This document shows, one piece after another, positions 15,001-30,000 of a stretch of 64,000 nucleotides of DNA. The position numbers and the translations under genes are program-made. The DNA lies in assembly GCA_053919585.1 (NCBI GenBank), contig CM132820.1; one strand, written 5' to 3'. The DNA comes from Euprymna scolopes (taxonomy: Eukaryota). Numbering within the stretch: position 1 is the first letter of the stretch; the number at the start of each line of letters is the position of its first letter. The notes under the pieces were generated by a model. That model did not search any database. It had not been told where the DNA came from and saw only the letters and a list, made by a program, of their open reading frames with translations.

Positions 15001-18000
15001 TGGTGATGCATACCTAAGAAATGGTTAGGTGGTGATGCATACGTAAGAAATGGTTAGGTGGTGATGCATACCTAAGAAATGGTTAGGTGGTGATGCATAC
15101 CTAAGAAATGGTTAGGTGGTGATGCATACCTAAGAAATGGTTAGGTGGTGATGCATACGTAAGAAATGGTTAGGTGGTGATGCATACGTAAGAAATGGTT
15201 AGGTGGTGATGCATACCTAAGAAATGGTTAGGTGGTGATGCATACCTAAGAAATGGTTAGGTGGTGATGCATACGTAAGAAATGGTTAGGTGGTGATGCA
15301 TACCTTAGAAATGGTTAGGTGGTGATGCATACCTAAGAAATGGTTAGGTGGTGATGCATACCTAAGAAATGGTTAGGTGGTGATGCATACCTAAGAAATG
15401 GTTAGGTGGTGATGCATACCTAAGAAATGGTTAGGTGGTGATGCATACGTAACAAATTGTTAGGTGGTGATGCATACCTAAGAAATGGTTAGGTGGTGAT
15501 GCATACCTAAGAAATTGTTAGGTGGTGATGCATACCTAAGAAATGGTTAGGTGGTGATGCATACCTAAGAAATGGTTAGGTGGTGATGCATACCTAAGAA
15601 ATGGTTAGGTGGTGATGCATACCTAAGAAAGTGTTAGGTGGTGATGCATACCGAAGAAATGGTTAGGTGGTGATGCATACGTAAGAAATTTTTAGGTGGT
15701 GATGCATACCTAAGAAATGGTTAGGTGGTGATGCATACGTAAGAAATTGTTAGGTGGTGATGCATACCTAAGAAATGGTTAGGTGGTGATGCATACCTAA
15801 GAAATGGTTAGGTGGTGATGCATACCTTAGAAATTGTTAGGTGGTGATGCATACCTAAGAAATTGTTAGGTGGTGATGCATACCTAAGAAATGGTTAGGT
15901 GGTGATGCATACGTAAGAAATTGTTAGGTGGTGATGCATACGTGAGAAATGGTTAGGTGGTGATGCATACCTAAGAAATTGTTAGGTGGTGATGCATACC
16001 TAAGAAATGGTTAGGTGGTGATGCATACCTAAGAAATGGTTAGGTGGTGATGCATACGTAAGAAATGGTTAGGTGGTGATGCATACCTAAGAAATGGTTA
16101 GGTGGTGATGCATACATAAGAAATGGTTAGGTGGTGATGCATACCTAAGAAATGGTTAGGTGGTGATGCATACCTAAGAAATTTTTAGGTGGTGATGCAT
16201 ACCTAAGAAATGGTTAGGTGGTGATGCATACGTAAGAAATGGTTAGGTGGTGATGCATACCTAAGAAATGGTTAGGTGGTGATGCATACCTAAGAAATGG
16301 TTAGGTGGTGCCACATACCTAAGAAATGGTTAGGTGGTGATGCATACGTAAGAAATGGTTAGGTGGTGCCAAATACCTAAGAAATGGTTAGGTGGTGATG
16401 CATACCTAAGAAATTGTTAGGTGGTGATGCATACCTAAGAAATTGTTAGGTGGTGATTCATACCTAAGAAATTGTTAGGTGGTGATGCATACCTAAGAAA
16501 TGGTTAGGTGGTGATGCATACCTAAGAAATGGTTAGGTGGTGATGCATACCTAAGAAATTGTTAGGTGGTGATGCATACCTAAGAAATGGTTAGGTGGTG
16601 ATGCATACCTAAGAAATTGTTAGGTGGTGATGCATACCTAAGAAATGGTTAGGTGGTGATGCATACCTAAGAAATTGTTCGGTGCTGATGCATACCTAAG
16701 AAATGGTTAGGTGGTGATGCATACCTTAAAATGGTTAGGTGGTGATGCATACCTAGGAAATTGTTAGGTGGTGATGCATACCTAAGAAATTGTTAGGTGG
16801 TGATGCATACCTAAGAAATTGTTAGGTGGTGATGCATACCTAAGAAATGGTTAGGTGGTGCCACATACCTAAGAAATGGTTAGGTGGTGATGCATACCTA
16901 AGAAATTGTTAGGTGGTGATGAATACCTAAGAAATGGTTAGGTGGTGATGCATACCTAAGAAATTGTTAGGTGGTGATGCATACCTAAGAAATGGTTAGG
17001 TGGTGCCACATACCTAAGAAATGGTTAGGTGGTGATGCATACGTAAGAAATGGTTAGGTGGTGCCACATACCTAAGAAATGGTTAGGTGGTGATGCATAC
17101 ATAAGAAATGGTTAGGTGGTGATGCATACCTAAGAAATTGTTAGGTGGTGATGCATACCTAAGAAATGGTTAGGTGGTGATGCATACCTAAGAAATTGTT
17201 AGGTGGTGATGCATACCTAAGAAATGGTTAGGTGGTGATGCATACCTAAGAAATGGTTAGGTGGTGATGCATACCTAAGAAATGGTTAGGTGGTGCCACA
17301 TACCTAAGAAATGGTTAGGTGGTGATGCATACGTAAGAAATGGTTAGGTGGTGCCACATACCTAAGAAATGGTTAGGTGGTGATGCATACATAAGAAATT
17401 GTTAGGTGGTGCCACATACCTAAGAAATGGTTAGGTGGTGATGCATACCTAAGAAATGGTTAGGTGGTGATGCATACCTAAGAAATTGTTAGGTGGTGAT
17501 GCATACCTAAGAAATTGTTAGGTGGTGATGCATACCTAAGAAATGGTTAGGTGGTGATGCATACCTAAGAAATTGTTAGGTGGTGATGCATACCTAAGAA
17601 ATTGTTAGGTGGTGATGCATACCTAAGAAATTGTTAGGTGGTGATGCATACCTAAGAAATTGTTAGGTGGTGATGCATACCTAAGAAATGGTTAGGTGGT
17701 GATGCATACCTAAGAAATGGTTAGGTGGTGACACATACCTAAGAAATGGTTAGGTGGTGATGCATACCTAAGAAATGGTTAGGTGGTGCCACATACCTAA
17801 GAAATGGTTAGGTGGTGATGCATACATAAGAAATTGATAGATGGTGCCACATACCTAAGAAATGGTTAGGTGGTGATGCATACCTAAGAAATGGTTAGGT
17901 GGTGATGCATACGTAAGAAATTGTTAGGTAGTGATGCATACGTAAGAAATGGTTAGGTGGTGATGCATACGTAAGAAATGGTTAGGTTGTGATGCATACC

Positions 18001-21000
18001 TAAGAAATTGTTAGGTGGTGATGCATACGTAAGAAATGGTTAGGTGGTGATGCATACCTAAGAAATTGTTAGGTGGTGATGCATACGTAAGAAATTGTTA
18101 GGTGGTGATGCATACCTAAGAAATTGTTAGGTGGTGATGCATACCTAAGCAATTGTTAGGTGGTGATGCATACAAAAGAAATTGTTAGGTGGTGCCACAT
18201 ACCTAAGAAATGGTTAGGTGGTGATGCATACCTAAGAAATGGTTAGGTGGTGATGCATACATAAGAAATGGTTAGGTGGTGCCACATACCTAAGAAATGG
18301 TTAGGTGGTGATGCATACCTAAGAAATGGTTAGGTGGTGACACATACCTAAGAAATGGTTAGGTGGTGATGCATACATAAGAAATGGTTAGGTGGTGCCA
18401 CATACCTAAGAAATGGTTAGGTGGTGATGCATACGTAAGAAATAGTTAGGTGGTGCCACATACCTAAGAAATGGTTAGGTGGTGATGCATACCTAAGAAA
18501 TGGTTAGGTGGTGATGCATACCTAAGAAATGGTTAGGTGGTGATGCATACCTAAGAAATGTTTAGGTGGTGATGCATACCTAAGAAATGGTTAGGTGGTG
18601 CCACATACCTAAGAAATGGTTAGGTGGTGCCACATACCTAAGAAATGGTTAGGTGGTGATGCATACCTAAGAAATGGTTAGGTGGTCATGCATACGTAAG
18701 AAATGGTTAGGTGGTGCCACATACCTAAGAAATGGTAAGGTGGTGATGCATACATAAGAAATTGTTAGGTGGTGCCACATACCTAAGAAATGGTTAGGTG
18801 GTGATGCATACCTAAGAAATGGTTAGGTGGTGATGCATACCTAAGAAATGGTTAGGTGGTGATGCATACCTAAGAAATTGTTAGGTGGTGATGCATGCGT
18901 AAGAAATGGTTAGGTGGTGATGCATACGTAAGAAATTGTTAGGTGGTGCCACATACCTAAGAAATGGTTAGGTGGTGAGGCCTACCTTAGAAATGGTTAG
19001 GTGGTGATGCATACGTAAGAAATGGTTAGGTGGTGATGCATACCTAAGAAATGGTTAGGTGGTGCCACATACCTAAGAAATGGTTAGGTGGTGATGCATA
19101 CCTAAGAAATGGTTAGGTGGTGATGCATACGTAAGAAATGGTTAGGTGGTGCCACATACCTAAGAAATGGTTAGGTGGTGCCACATACCTAAGAAATGGT
19201 TAGGTGGTGCCACATACCTAAGAAATGGTTAGGTGGTGATGCATACCTAAGAAATGGTTAGGTGGTGATGCATACCTAAGAAATGGTTAGGTGGTGATGC
19301 ATACCTAAGAAATGGTAAGGTGGTGATGCATACCTAAGAAATTGTTAGGTGGTGATGCATACCTAAGAAATTGTTAGGTGGTGATGCATACATAAGAAAT
19401 GGTTAGGTGGTGATGCATACCTAAGAAATTGTTAGGTGGTGATGCATACCTAAGAAATTGTTAGGTGGTGATGCATACCTAAGAAATTGTTAGGTGGTGA
19501 TGCATACCTAAGAAATGGTTAGGTGGTGATGCATACCTAAGAAATGGTTAGGTGGTGATGCATACCTAAGAAATTGTTAGGTGGTGATGCATACCTAAGA
19601 AATTGTTAGGTGGTGATGCATACATAAGAAATTGTTAGGTGGTGATGCATACCTAAGAAATTGTTAGGTGGTGATGCATACCTAAGAAATGGTTAGGTGG
19701 TGATGCATACATAAGAAATTGTTAGGTGGTGATGCATACCTAAGAAATGGTTAGGTGGTGATGCATACCTAAGAAATTGTTAGGTGGTGATGCATACCTA
19801 AGAAATGGTTAGGTGGTGATGCATACCTAAGAAATGGTTAGGTGGTTATGCATACCTAAGAAATGGTTAGGTGGTGATGCATACCTAAGAAATGGTTAGG
19901 TGGTGATGCATACCTAAGAAATGGTTAGGTGGTTATGCATACCTAAGAAATGGTTAGGTGGTGATGCATACCTAAGAAAGGGTTAGGTGGTGATGCATAC
20001 CTAAGAAATGGTTAGGTGGTGATGCATACCTAAGAAATGGTTAGGTGGTGATGCATACCTAAGAAATGGTTAGGTGGTGATGCATACCTAAGAAATGGTT
20101 AGCTGGTGATGCATACGTAACAAATTGTTAGGTGGTGATGCATACGTAAGAAATGGTTAGGTGGTGATGCATACCTAAGAAATTGTTAGGTGGTGATGCA
20201 TACCTAAGAAATGGTTAGGTGGTGATGCATACCTAAGAAATGGTTAGGTGGTGATGCATACGTAAGAAATAGTTAGGTGGTGATGCATACCTAAGAAATG
20301 GTTAGGTGGTGATGCATACCTAAGAAATTGTTAGGTGGTGATGCATACCTAAGAAATGGTTAGGTGGTGATGCATACGTAAGAAATTTTTAGGTGGTGAT
20401 GCATACCTAAGAAATGGTTAGGTGGTGATGCATACGTAAGAAATGGTTAGGTGGTGATGCATACCTAAGAAATGGTTAGGTGGTGATGCATACCTAAGAA
20501 ATGGTTAGGTGGTGATGCATACCTAAGAAATGGTTAGGTGGTGATGCATACCTAAGAAATGGTTAGGTGGTGATGCATACGTAAGAAATGGTTAGGTGGT
20601 GATGCATACGTAAGAAATGGTTAGGTGGTGATGCATACCTAAGAAATGGTTAGGTGGTGATGCATACCTAAGAAATGGTTAGGTGGTGATGCATACGTAA
20701 GAAATGGTTAGGTGGTGATGCATACCTTAGAAATGGTTAGGTGGTGATGCATACCTAAGAAATGGTTAGGTGGTGATGCATACCTAAGAAATGATTAGGT
20801 GGTGATGCATACCTAAGAAATGGTTAGGTGGTGATGCATACGTAACAAATTGTTAGGTGGTGATGCATACCTAAGAAATGGTTAGGTGGTGATGCATACC
20901 TAAGAAATTGTTAGGTGGTGATGCATACCTAAGAAATGGTTAGGTGGTGATGCATACCTAAGAAATGGTTAGGTGGTGATGCATACCTAAGAAATGGTTA

Positions 21001-24000
21001 GGTGGTGATGCATACCTAAGAAATTGTTAGGTGGTGATGCATACCTAAGAAATGGTAAGGTGGTGATGCATACGTAAGAAATTTTTAGGTGGTGATGCAT
21101 ACCTAAGAAATGGTTAGGTGGTGATGCATACGTAAGAAATTGTTAGGTGGTGATGCATACCTTAGAAATGGTTAGGTGGTGATGCATACCTAAGAAATGG
21201 TTAGGTGGTGATGCATACCTAAGAAATTGTTAGGTGGTGATGCATACCTAAGAAATTGTTAGGTGGTGATGCATACATAAGAAATTGTTAGGTGGTGATG
21301 CATACCTAAGAAATTGTTAGGTGGTGATGCATACCTAAGAAATGGTTAGGTGGTGATGCATACATAAGAAATTGTTAGGTGGTGATGCATACCTAAGAAA
21401 TGGTTAGGTGGTGATGCATACCTAAGAAATTGTTAGGTGGTGATGCATACCTAAGAAATGGTTAGGTGGTGATGCATACCTAAGAAATGGTTAGGTGGTG
21501 ATGCATACCTAAGAAATGGTTAGGTGGTGATGCATACCTAAGAAATGGTTAGGTGGTGATGCATACCTAAGAAATGGTTAGGTGGTTATGCATACCTAAG
21601 AAATGGTTAGGTGGTGATGCATACCTAAGAAAGGGTTAGGTGGTGATGCATACCTAAGAAATGGTTAGGTGGTGATGCATACCTAAGAAATGGTTAGGTG
21701 GTGATGCATACCTAAGAAATGGTTAGGTGGTGATGCATACCTAAGAAATGGTTAGCTGGTGATGCATACGTAACAAATTGTTAGGTGGTGATGCATACGT
21801 AAGAAATGGTTAGGTGGTGATGCATACCTAAGAAATTGTTAGGTGGTGATGCATACCTAAGAAATGGTTAGGTGGTGATGCATACCTAAGAAATGGTTAG
21901 GTGGTGATGCATACGTAAGAAATGGTTAGGTGGTGATGCATACATAAGAAATGGTTAGGTGGTGATGCATACCTAAGAAATGGTTAGGTGGTGATGCATA
22001 CGTAAGAAATTTTTAGGTGGTGATGCATACCTAAGAAATGGTTAGGTGGTGATGCATACGTAAGAAATGGTTAGGTGGTGATGCATACCTAAGAAATGGT
22101 TAGGTGGTGATGCATACCTTAGAAATGGTTAGGTGGTGATGCATACCTAAGAAATGTTTAGGTGGTGATGCATACGTAAGAAATGGTTAGGTGGTGATGC
22201 ATACGTAAGAAATGGTTAGGTGGTGATGCATACCTAAGAAATGGTTAGGTGGTGATGCATACCTAAGAAATGGTTAGGTGGTCATGCATACGTAAGAAAT
22301 GGTTAGGTGGTGATGCATACCTTAGAAATGGTTAGGTGGTGATGCATACCTAAGAAATGGTTAGGTGGTGATGCATACCTAAGAAATGGTTAGGTGGTGA
22401 TGCATACCTAAGAAATGGTTAGGTGGTGATGCATACCTAAGAAATGGTTAGGTGGTGATGCATACGTAACAAATTGTTAGGTGGTGATGCATACCTAAGA
22501 AATGGTTAGGTGGTGATGCATACCTAAGAAATTGTTAGGTGGTGATGCATACCTAAGAAATGGTTAGGTGGTGATGCATACCTAAGAAATGGTTAGGTGG
22601 TGATGCATACCTAAGAAATGGTTAGGTGGTGATGCATACCTAAGAAAGTGTTAGGTGGTGATGCATACCGAAGAAATGGTTAGGTGGTGATGCATACGTA
22701 AGAAATTTTTAGGTGGTGATGCATACCTAAGAAATGGTTAGGTGGTGATGCATACGTAAGAAATTGTTAGGTGGTGATGCATACCTAAGAAATGGTTAGG
22801 TGGTGATGCATACCTAAGAAATGGTTAGGTGGTGATGCATACCTTAGAAATTGTTAGGTGGTGATGCATACCTAAGAAATTGTTAGGTGGTGATGCATAC
22901 CTAAGAAATGGTTAGGTGGTGATGCATACGTAAGAAATTGTTAGGTGGTGATGCATACGTAAGAAATGGTTAGGTGGTGATGCATACCTAAGAAATTGTT
23001 AGGTGGTGATGCATACCTAAGAAATTGTTAGGTGGTGATGCATACCTAAGAAATTGTTAGGTGGTGATGCATACCTAAGAAATGGTTAGGTGGTGATGCA
23101 TACCTAAGAAAATGTTAGGTGGTGATGCATACCTAAGAAATGGTTAGGTGGTGATGCATACCTAAGAAATGGTAAGGTGGTGATGCATACCTAAGAAATG
23201 GTTAGGTGGTGATGCATACCTAAGAAATGGTTAGGTGGTGATGCATACCTAAGAAATGGTTAGGTGGTGATGCATACCTTAGAAATGGTTAGGTGGTGAT
23301 GCATACCTAAGAAATGGTTAGGTGGTGATGCATACGTAAGAAATTGTAAGGTGGTGATGCATACCTAAGAAATGGTTAGGTGGTGAGGCATACGTAAGAA
23401 ATGGTTAGGTGGTGATGCATACCTAAGAAATTGTTAGGTGGTGATGCATACCTAAGAAATGGTTAGGTGGTGATGCATACCTAAGAAATTGTTAGGTGGT
23501 GATGCATACCTAAGAAATGGTTAGGTGGTGATGCATACCTAAGAAATTGTTAGGTGGTGATGCATACCTAAGAAATGGTTAGGTGGTGATGCATACCTAA
23601 GAAATGGTTAGGTGGTGATGCATACCTAAGAAATGGTTAGGTGGTGATGCATACCTAAGAAATGGTTAGGTGGTGATGCATACCTAAGAAATGGTTAGGT
23701 GGTGATGCATACCTAAGAAATGGTTAGGTGGTGATGCATACCTAAGAAATGGTTAGGTGGTGATGCATACCTAAGAAATGGTTAGGTGGTGATGCATACG
23801 TAAGAAATTGTTAGGTAGTGATGCATCCCTTAGAAATGGTTAGGTGGTGATGCATACCTAAGAAATGGTTAGGTAGTGATGCATACCTAAGAAATGGTTA
23901 GGTGGTGATGCATACCTAAGAAATTGTTAGGTGTTGATGCATACGTAAGAAATGGTTAGGTGGTGATGCATACCTAAGAAATTGTTAGGTGGTGATGCAT

Positions 24001-27000
24001 ACCTAAGAAATGGTTAGATGGTGATGCATACCTAAGAAATGGTTAGGTGGTGATGCATACCTAAGAAATGGTTAGGTGGTGCCACATACCTAAGAAATGG
24101 TTAGGTGGTGATGCATACGTAAGAAATGGTTAGGTGGTGCCACATACCTAAGAAATGGTTAGGTGGTGATGCATACATAAGAAATTGTTAGGTGGTGCCA
24201 CATACCTAAGAAATGGTTAGGTGGTGATGCATACCTAAGAAATGGTTAGGTGGTGATGCATACCTAAGAAATTGTTAGGTGGTGATGCATACCTAAGAAA
24301 TTGTTAGGTGGTGATGCATACCTAAGGAATGGTTAGGTGGTGATGCATACCTAAGAAATTGTTAGGTGGTGATGCATACCTAAGAAATGGTTAGGTGGTG
24401 ATGCATACCTAAGAAATGGTTAGGTGGTGCCACATACCTAAGAAATGGTTAGGTGGTGCCACATACCTAAGAAATGGTTAGGTGGTGATGCATACATAAG
24501 AAATTGTTAGGTGGTGCCACATACCTAAGAAATGGTTAGGTGGTGATGCATACCTAAGAAATGGTTAGGTGGTGATGCATACCTAAGAAATTGTTAGGTG
24601 GTGATGCATACCTAAGAAATTGTTAGGTGGTGATGCATACCTAAGAAATGGTTAGGTGGTGATGCATACCTAAGAGATTGTTAGGTGGTGATGCATACCT
24701 AAGAAATGGTTAGGTGGTGATGCATACCTAAGAAATGGTTAGGTGGTGCCACATACCTAAGAAATGGTTAGGTGGTGCCACATACCTAAGAAATGGTTAG
24801 GTGGTGATGCATACCTAAGAAATGGTTAGGTGGTGCCACATACCTAAGAAATGGTTAGGTGGTGATGCATACGTAAGAAATGGTTAGGTGGTGATGCATA
24901 CGTAAGAAATGGTTAGGTGGTGATGCATGCCTAAGAAATGGTTAGGTGGTGCCACATACCTAAGAAATTGTTAGGTGGTGCCACATACCTATGAAATGGT
25001 TAGGTGGTGCCACATACCTAAGAAATGGTTAGGTGGTGCCACATACCTAAGAAATGGTTAGGTGGTGATGCATACCTAAGAAATGGTTAGGTGGTGATGC
25101 ATACGTAAGAAATGGTTAGGTGGTGATGCATGCCTAAGAAATGGTTAGGTGGTGCCACATACCTAAGAAATAGTTAGGTGGTGCCACATACCTAAGAAAT
25201 GGTTAGGTGGTGCCACATACCTAAGAAATGGTTAGGTGGTGCCACATACCTAAGAAATGGTTAGGTGGTGATGCATACCTAAGAAATGGTTAGGTGGTGA
25301 TTCATACCTAAGAAATTGTTAGGTTGTGATGCATACCTAAGAAATGGTTAGGTGGTGCCACATACCTAAGAAATGGTTAGGTGGTGATGCATACGTAAGA
25401 AATGGTTAGGTGGTGCCACATACCTAAGAAATGGTTAGGTGGTGCCACATACCTAAGAAATGGTTAGGTGGTGATGCATACCTAAGAAATGGTTAGGTGG
25501 TGATGCATACGTAAGAAATGGTTAGGTGGTGATGCATGCCTAAGAAATGGTTAGGTGGTGCCACATACCTAAGAAATGGTTAGGTGGTGCCACATACCTA
25601 AGAAATGGTTAGGTGGTGATGCATGCCTAAGAAATGGTTAGGTGGTGATGCATACCTAAGAAATTGTTAGGTGGTGCCACATTCCTAAGAAATGGTTAGG
25701 TGGTGCCACATACATAAGAAATGGTTAGGTGGTGATGCATACGTAAGAAATGGTTAGGTGGTGATGCATGCCTAAGAAATGGTTAGGTGGTGATGCATGC
25801 CTAAGAAATTGTTAGGTTGTGCCACATACCTAAGAAATGGTTAGGTGGTGCCACATACATAAGAAATGGTTAGGTGGTGATGCATGCCTAAGAAATGGTT
25901 AGGTGGTGATGCATACCTAAGAAATGGTTAGGTGGTGATGCATACGTAAGAAATGGTTAGGTGGTGATGCATACCTAAGAAATGGTTAGGTGGTGATGCA
26001 TACGTAAGAAATGGTTAGGTGGTGATGCATACCTAAGAAATGGTTAGGTGGTGCCACATACATAAGAAATGGTTAGGTGGTGATGCATACGTAAGAAATG
26101 GTTAGGTGGTGATGCATACCTAAGAAATGGTTAGGTGGTGATGCATACCTAAGAAATGGTTAGGTGGTGATGCATACCTAAGAAATGGTTAGGTGGTGAT
26201 GCATACCTAAGAAATGGTTAGGTGGTGATGCATACCTAAGAAATGGTTAGGTGGTGATGCATACCTAAGAAATGGTTAGGTGGTGATGCATACCTAAGAA
26301 ATGGTTAGGTGGTGATGCATACCTAAGAAATTGTTAGGTCGTGATGCATACGTAAGAAATGGTTAGGTGGTGATGCATACCTAAGAAATGGTTAGGTGGT
26401 GATGCATACCTAAGAAATGGTTAGGTGGTGATGCATACCTAAGAAATGGTTAGGTGGTGATGCATACGTAAGAAATGGTTAGGTGGTGATGCATACCTAA
26501 GAAATGGTTAGGTGGTGCCACATACCTAAGAAATGGTTAGGTGGTGCCACATACCTAAGAAATGGTTAGGTGGTGCCACATACCTAAGAAATGGTTAGGT
26601 GGTGCCACATACCTAAGAAATGGTTAGGTGGTGATGCATACCTAAGAAATGGTTAGGTGGTGATGCATACCTAAGAAATGGTTAGGTTGTGATGCATACC
26701 TAAGAAATTGTTAGGTGGTGCCACATACCTAAGAAATTGTTAGGTGGTGCCACATACCTAAGAAATGGTTAGGTGGTGCCACATACCTAAGAAATGGTTA
26801 GGTGGTGCCTCATACCTAAGAAATGGTTAGGTGGTGATGCATACCTAAGAAATGGTTAGGTGGTGATGCATACGTAAGAAATGGTTAGGTGGTGCCACAT
26901 ACCTAAGAAATGGTTAGGTGGTGCCACATACCTAAGAAATGGTTAGGTGGTGATGCATGCCTAAGAAATGGTTAGGTGGTGATGCATACCTTAGAAATGG

Positions 27001-30000
27001 TTAGGTGGTGCCACATACCTAAGAAATGGTTAGGTGGTGCCACATACATAAGAAATGGTTAGGTGGTGATGCATACGTAAGAAATGGTTAGGTGGTGATG
27101 CATGCCTAAGAAATGGTTAGGTGGTGATGCATGCCTAAGAAATGGTTAGGTGGTGCCACATACATAAGAAATGGTTAGGTGGTGCCACATACATAAGAAA
27201 TGGTTAGGTGGTGATGCATGCCTAAGAAATGGTTAGGTGGTGATGCATACCTAAGAAATGGTTAGGTGGTGATGCATACCTAAGAAATGGTTAGGTGGTG
27301 CCGCATACCTAAGAAATGGTTAGGTGGTGATGCATGCCTAAGAAATGGTTAGGTGGTGATGCATACCTAAGAAATGGTTAGGTGGTGCCACATACCTAAG
27401 AAATTGTTAGGTGGTGATGCATACATAAGAAATTGTTAGGTGGTGATGCATACCTAAGAAATTGTTAGGTGGTGATGCATACCTAAGAAATGGTTAGGTG
27501 GTGATGCATACATAAGAAATTGTTAGGTGGTGATGCATACCTAAGAAATGGTTAGGTGGTGATGCATACCTAAGAAATTGTTAGGTGGTGATGCATACCT
27601 AAGAAATGGTTAGGTGGTGATGCATACCTAAGAAATGGTTAGGTGGTGATGCATACCTAAGAAATGGTTAGGTGGTGATGCATACCTAAGAAATGGTTAG
27701 GTGGTGATGCATACCTAAGAAATGGTTAGGTGGTTATGCATACCTAAGAAATGGTTAGGTGGTGATGCATACCTAAGAAAGGGTTAGGTGGTGATGCATA
27801 CCTAAGAAATGGTTAGGTGGTGATGCATACCTAAGAAATGGTTAGGTGGTGATGCATACCTAAGAAATGGTTAGGTGGTGATGCATACCTAAGAAATGGT
27901 TAGCTGGTGATGCATACGTAACAAATTGTTAGGTGGTGATGCATACGTAAGAAATGGTTAGGTGGTGATGCATACCTAAGAAATTGTTAGGTGGTGATGC
28001 ATACCTAAGAAATGGTTAGGTGGTGATGCATACCTAAGAAATGGTTAGGTGGTGATGCATACGTAAGAAATGGTTAGGTGGTGATGCATACATAAGAAAT
28101 GGTTAGGTGGTGATGCATACCTAAGAAATGGTTAAGTGGTGATGCATACGTAAGAAATTTTTAGGTGGTGATGCATACCTAAGAAATGGTTAGGTGGTGA
28201 TGCATACGTAAGAAATGGTTAGGTGGTGATGCATACCTAAGAAATGGTTAGGTGGTGATGCATACCTTAGAAATGGTTAGGTGGTGATGCATACCTAAGA
28301 AATGGTTAGGTGGTGATGCATACGTAAGAAATGGTTAGGTGGTGATGCATACGTAAGAAATGGTTAGGTGGTGATGCATACCTAAGAAATGGTTAGGTGG
28401 TGATGCATACGTAAGAAATGGTTAGGTGGTGATGCATACCTTAGAAATGGTTAGGTGGTGATGCATACCTAAGAAATGGTTAGGTGGTGATGCATACCTA
28501 AGAAATGGTTAGGTGGTGATGCATACCTAAGAAATGGTTAGGTGGTGATGCATACCTAAGAAATGGTTAGGTGGTGATGCATACGTAACAAATTGTTAGG
28601 TGGTGATGCATACCTAAGAAATGGTTAGGTGGTGATGCATACCTAAGAAATTGTTAGGTGGTGATGCATACCTAAGAAATGGTTAGGTGGTGATGCATAC
28701 CTAAGAAATGGTTAGGTGGTGATGCATACCTAAGAAATGGTTAGGTGGTGATGCATACCTAAGAAAGTGTTAGGTGGTGATGCATACCGAAGAAATGGTT
28801 AGGTGGTGATGCATACGTAAGAAATTTTTAGGTGGTGATGCATACCTAAGAAATGGTTAGGTGGTGATGCATACGTAAGAAATGGTTAGGTGGTGATGCA
28901 TACCTAAGAAATTGTTAGGTGGTGATGCATACCTAAGAAATGGTTAGGTGGTGATGCATACCTAAGAAATTGTTAGGTGGTGATGCATACCTAAGAAATG
29001 GTTAGGTGGTGATGCATACCTAAGAAATTGTTAGGTGGTGATGCATACCTAAGAAATGGTTAGGTGGTGATGCATACCTAAGAAATGGTTAGGTGGTGAT
29101 GCATACCTAAGAAATGGTTAGGTGGTGATGCATACCTAAGAAATGGTTAGGTGGTGATGCATACCTAAGAAATGGTTAGGTGGTGATGCATACCTAAGAA
29201 ATGGTTAGGTGGTGATGCATACCTAAGAAATGGTTAGGTGGTGATGCATACCTAAGAAATGGTTAGGTGGTGATGCATACGTAAGAAATTGTTAGGTAGT
29301 GATGCATCCCTTAGAAATGGTTAGGTGGTGATGCATACCTAAGAAATGGTTAGGTAGTGATGCATACCTAAGAAATGGTTAGGTGGTGATGCATACCTAA
29401 GAAATTGTTAGGTGGTGATGCATACGTAAGAAATGGTTAGGTGGTGATGCATACCTAAGAAATTGTTAGGTGGTGATGCATACCTAAGAAATGGTTAGGT
29501 GGTGATGCGTACCTAAGAAATGGTTAGGTGGTGATGCATACCTAAGAAATGGTTAGGTGGTGCCACATACCTAAGAAATGGTTAGGTGGTGATGCATACG
29601 TAAGAAATGGTTAGGTGGTGCCACATACCTAAGAAATGGTTAGGTGGTGATGCATACATAAGAAATTGTTAGGTGGTGCCACATACCTAAGAAATGGTTA
29701 GGTGGTGATGCATACCTAAGAAATGGTTAGGTGGTGATGCATACCTAAGAAATTGTTAGGTGGTGATGCATACCTAAGAAATTGTTAGGTGGTGATGCAT
29801 ACCTAAGGAATGGTTAGGTGGTGATGCATACCTAAGAAATTGTTAGGTGGTGATGCATACCTAAGAAATGGTTAGGTGGTGATGCATACCTAAGAAATGG
29901 TTAGGTGGTGCCACATACCTAAGAAATGGTTAGGTGGTGCCACATACCTAAGAAATGGTTAGGTGGTGATGCATACATAAGAAATTGTTAGGTGGTGCCA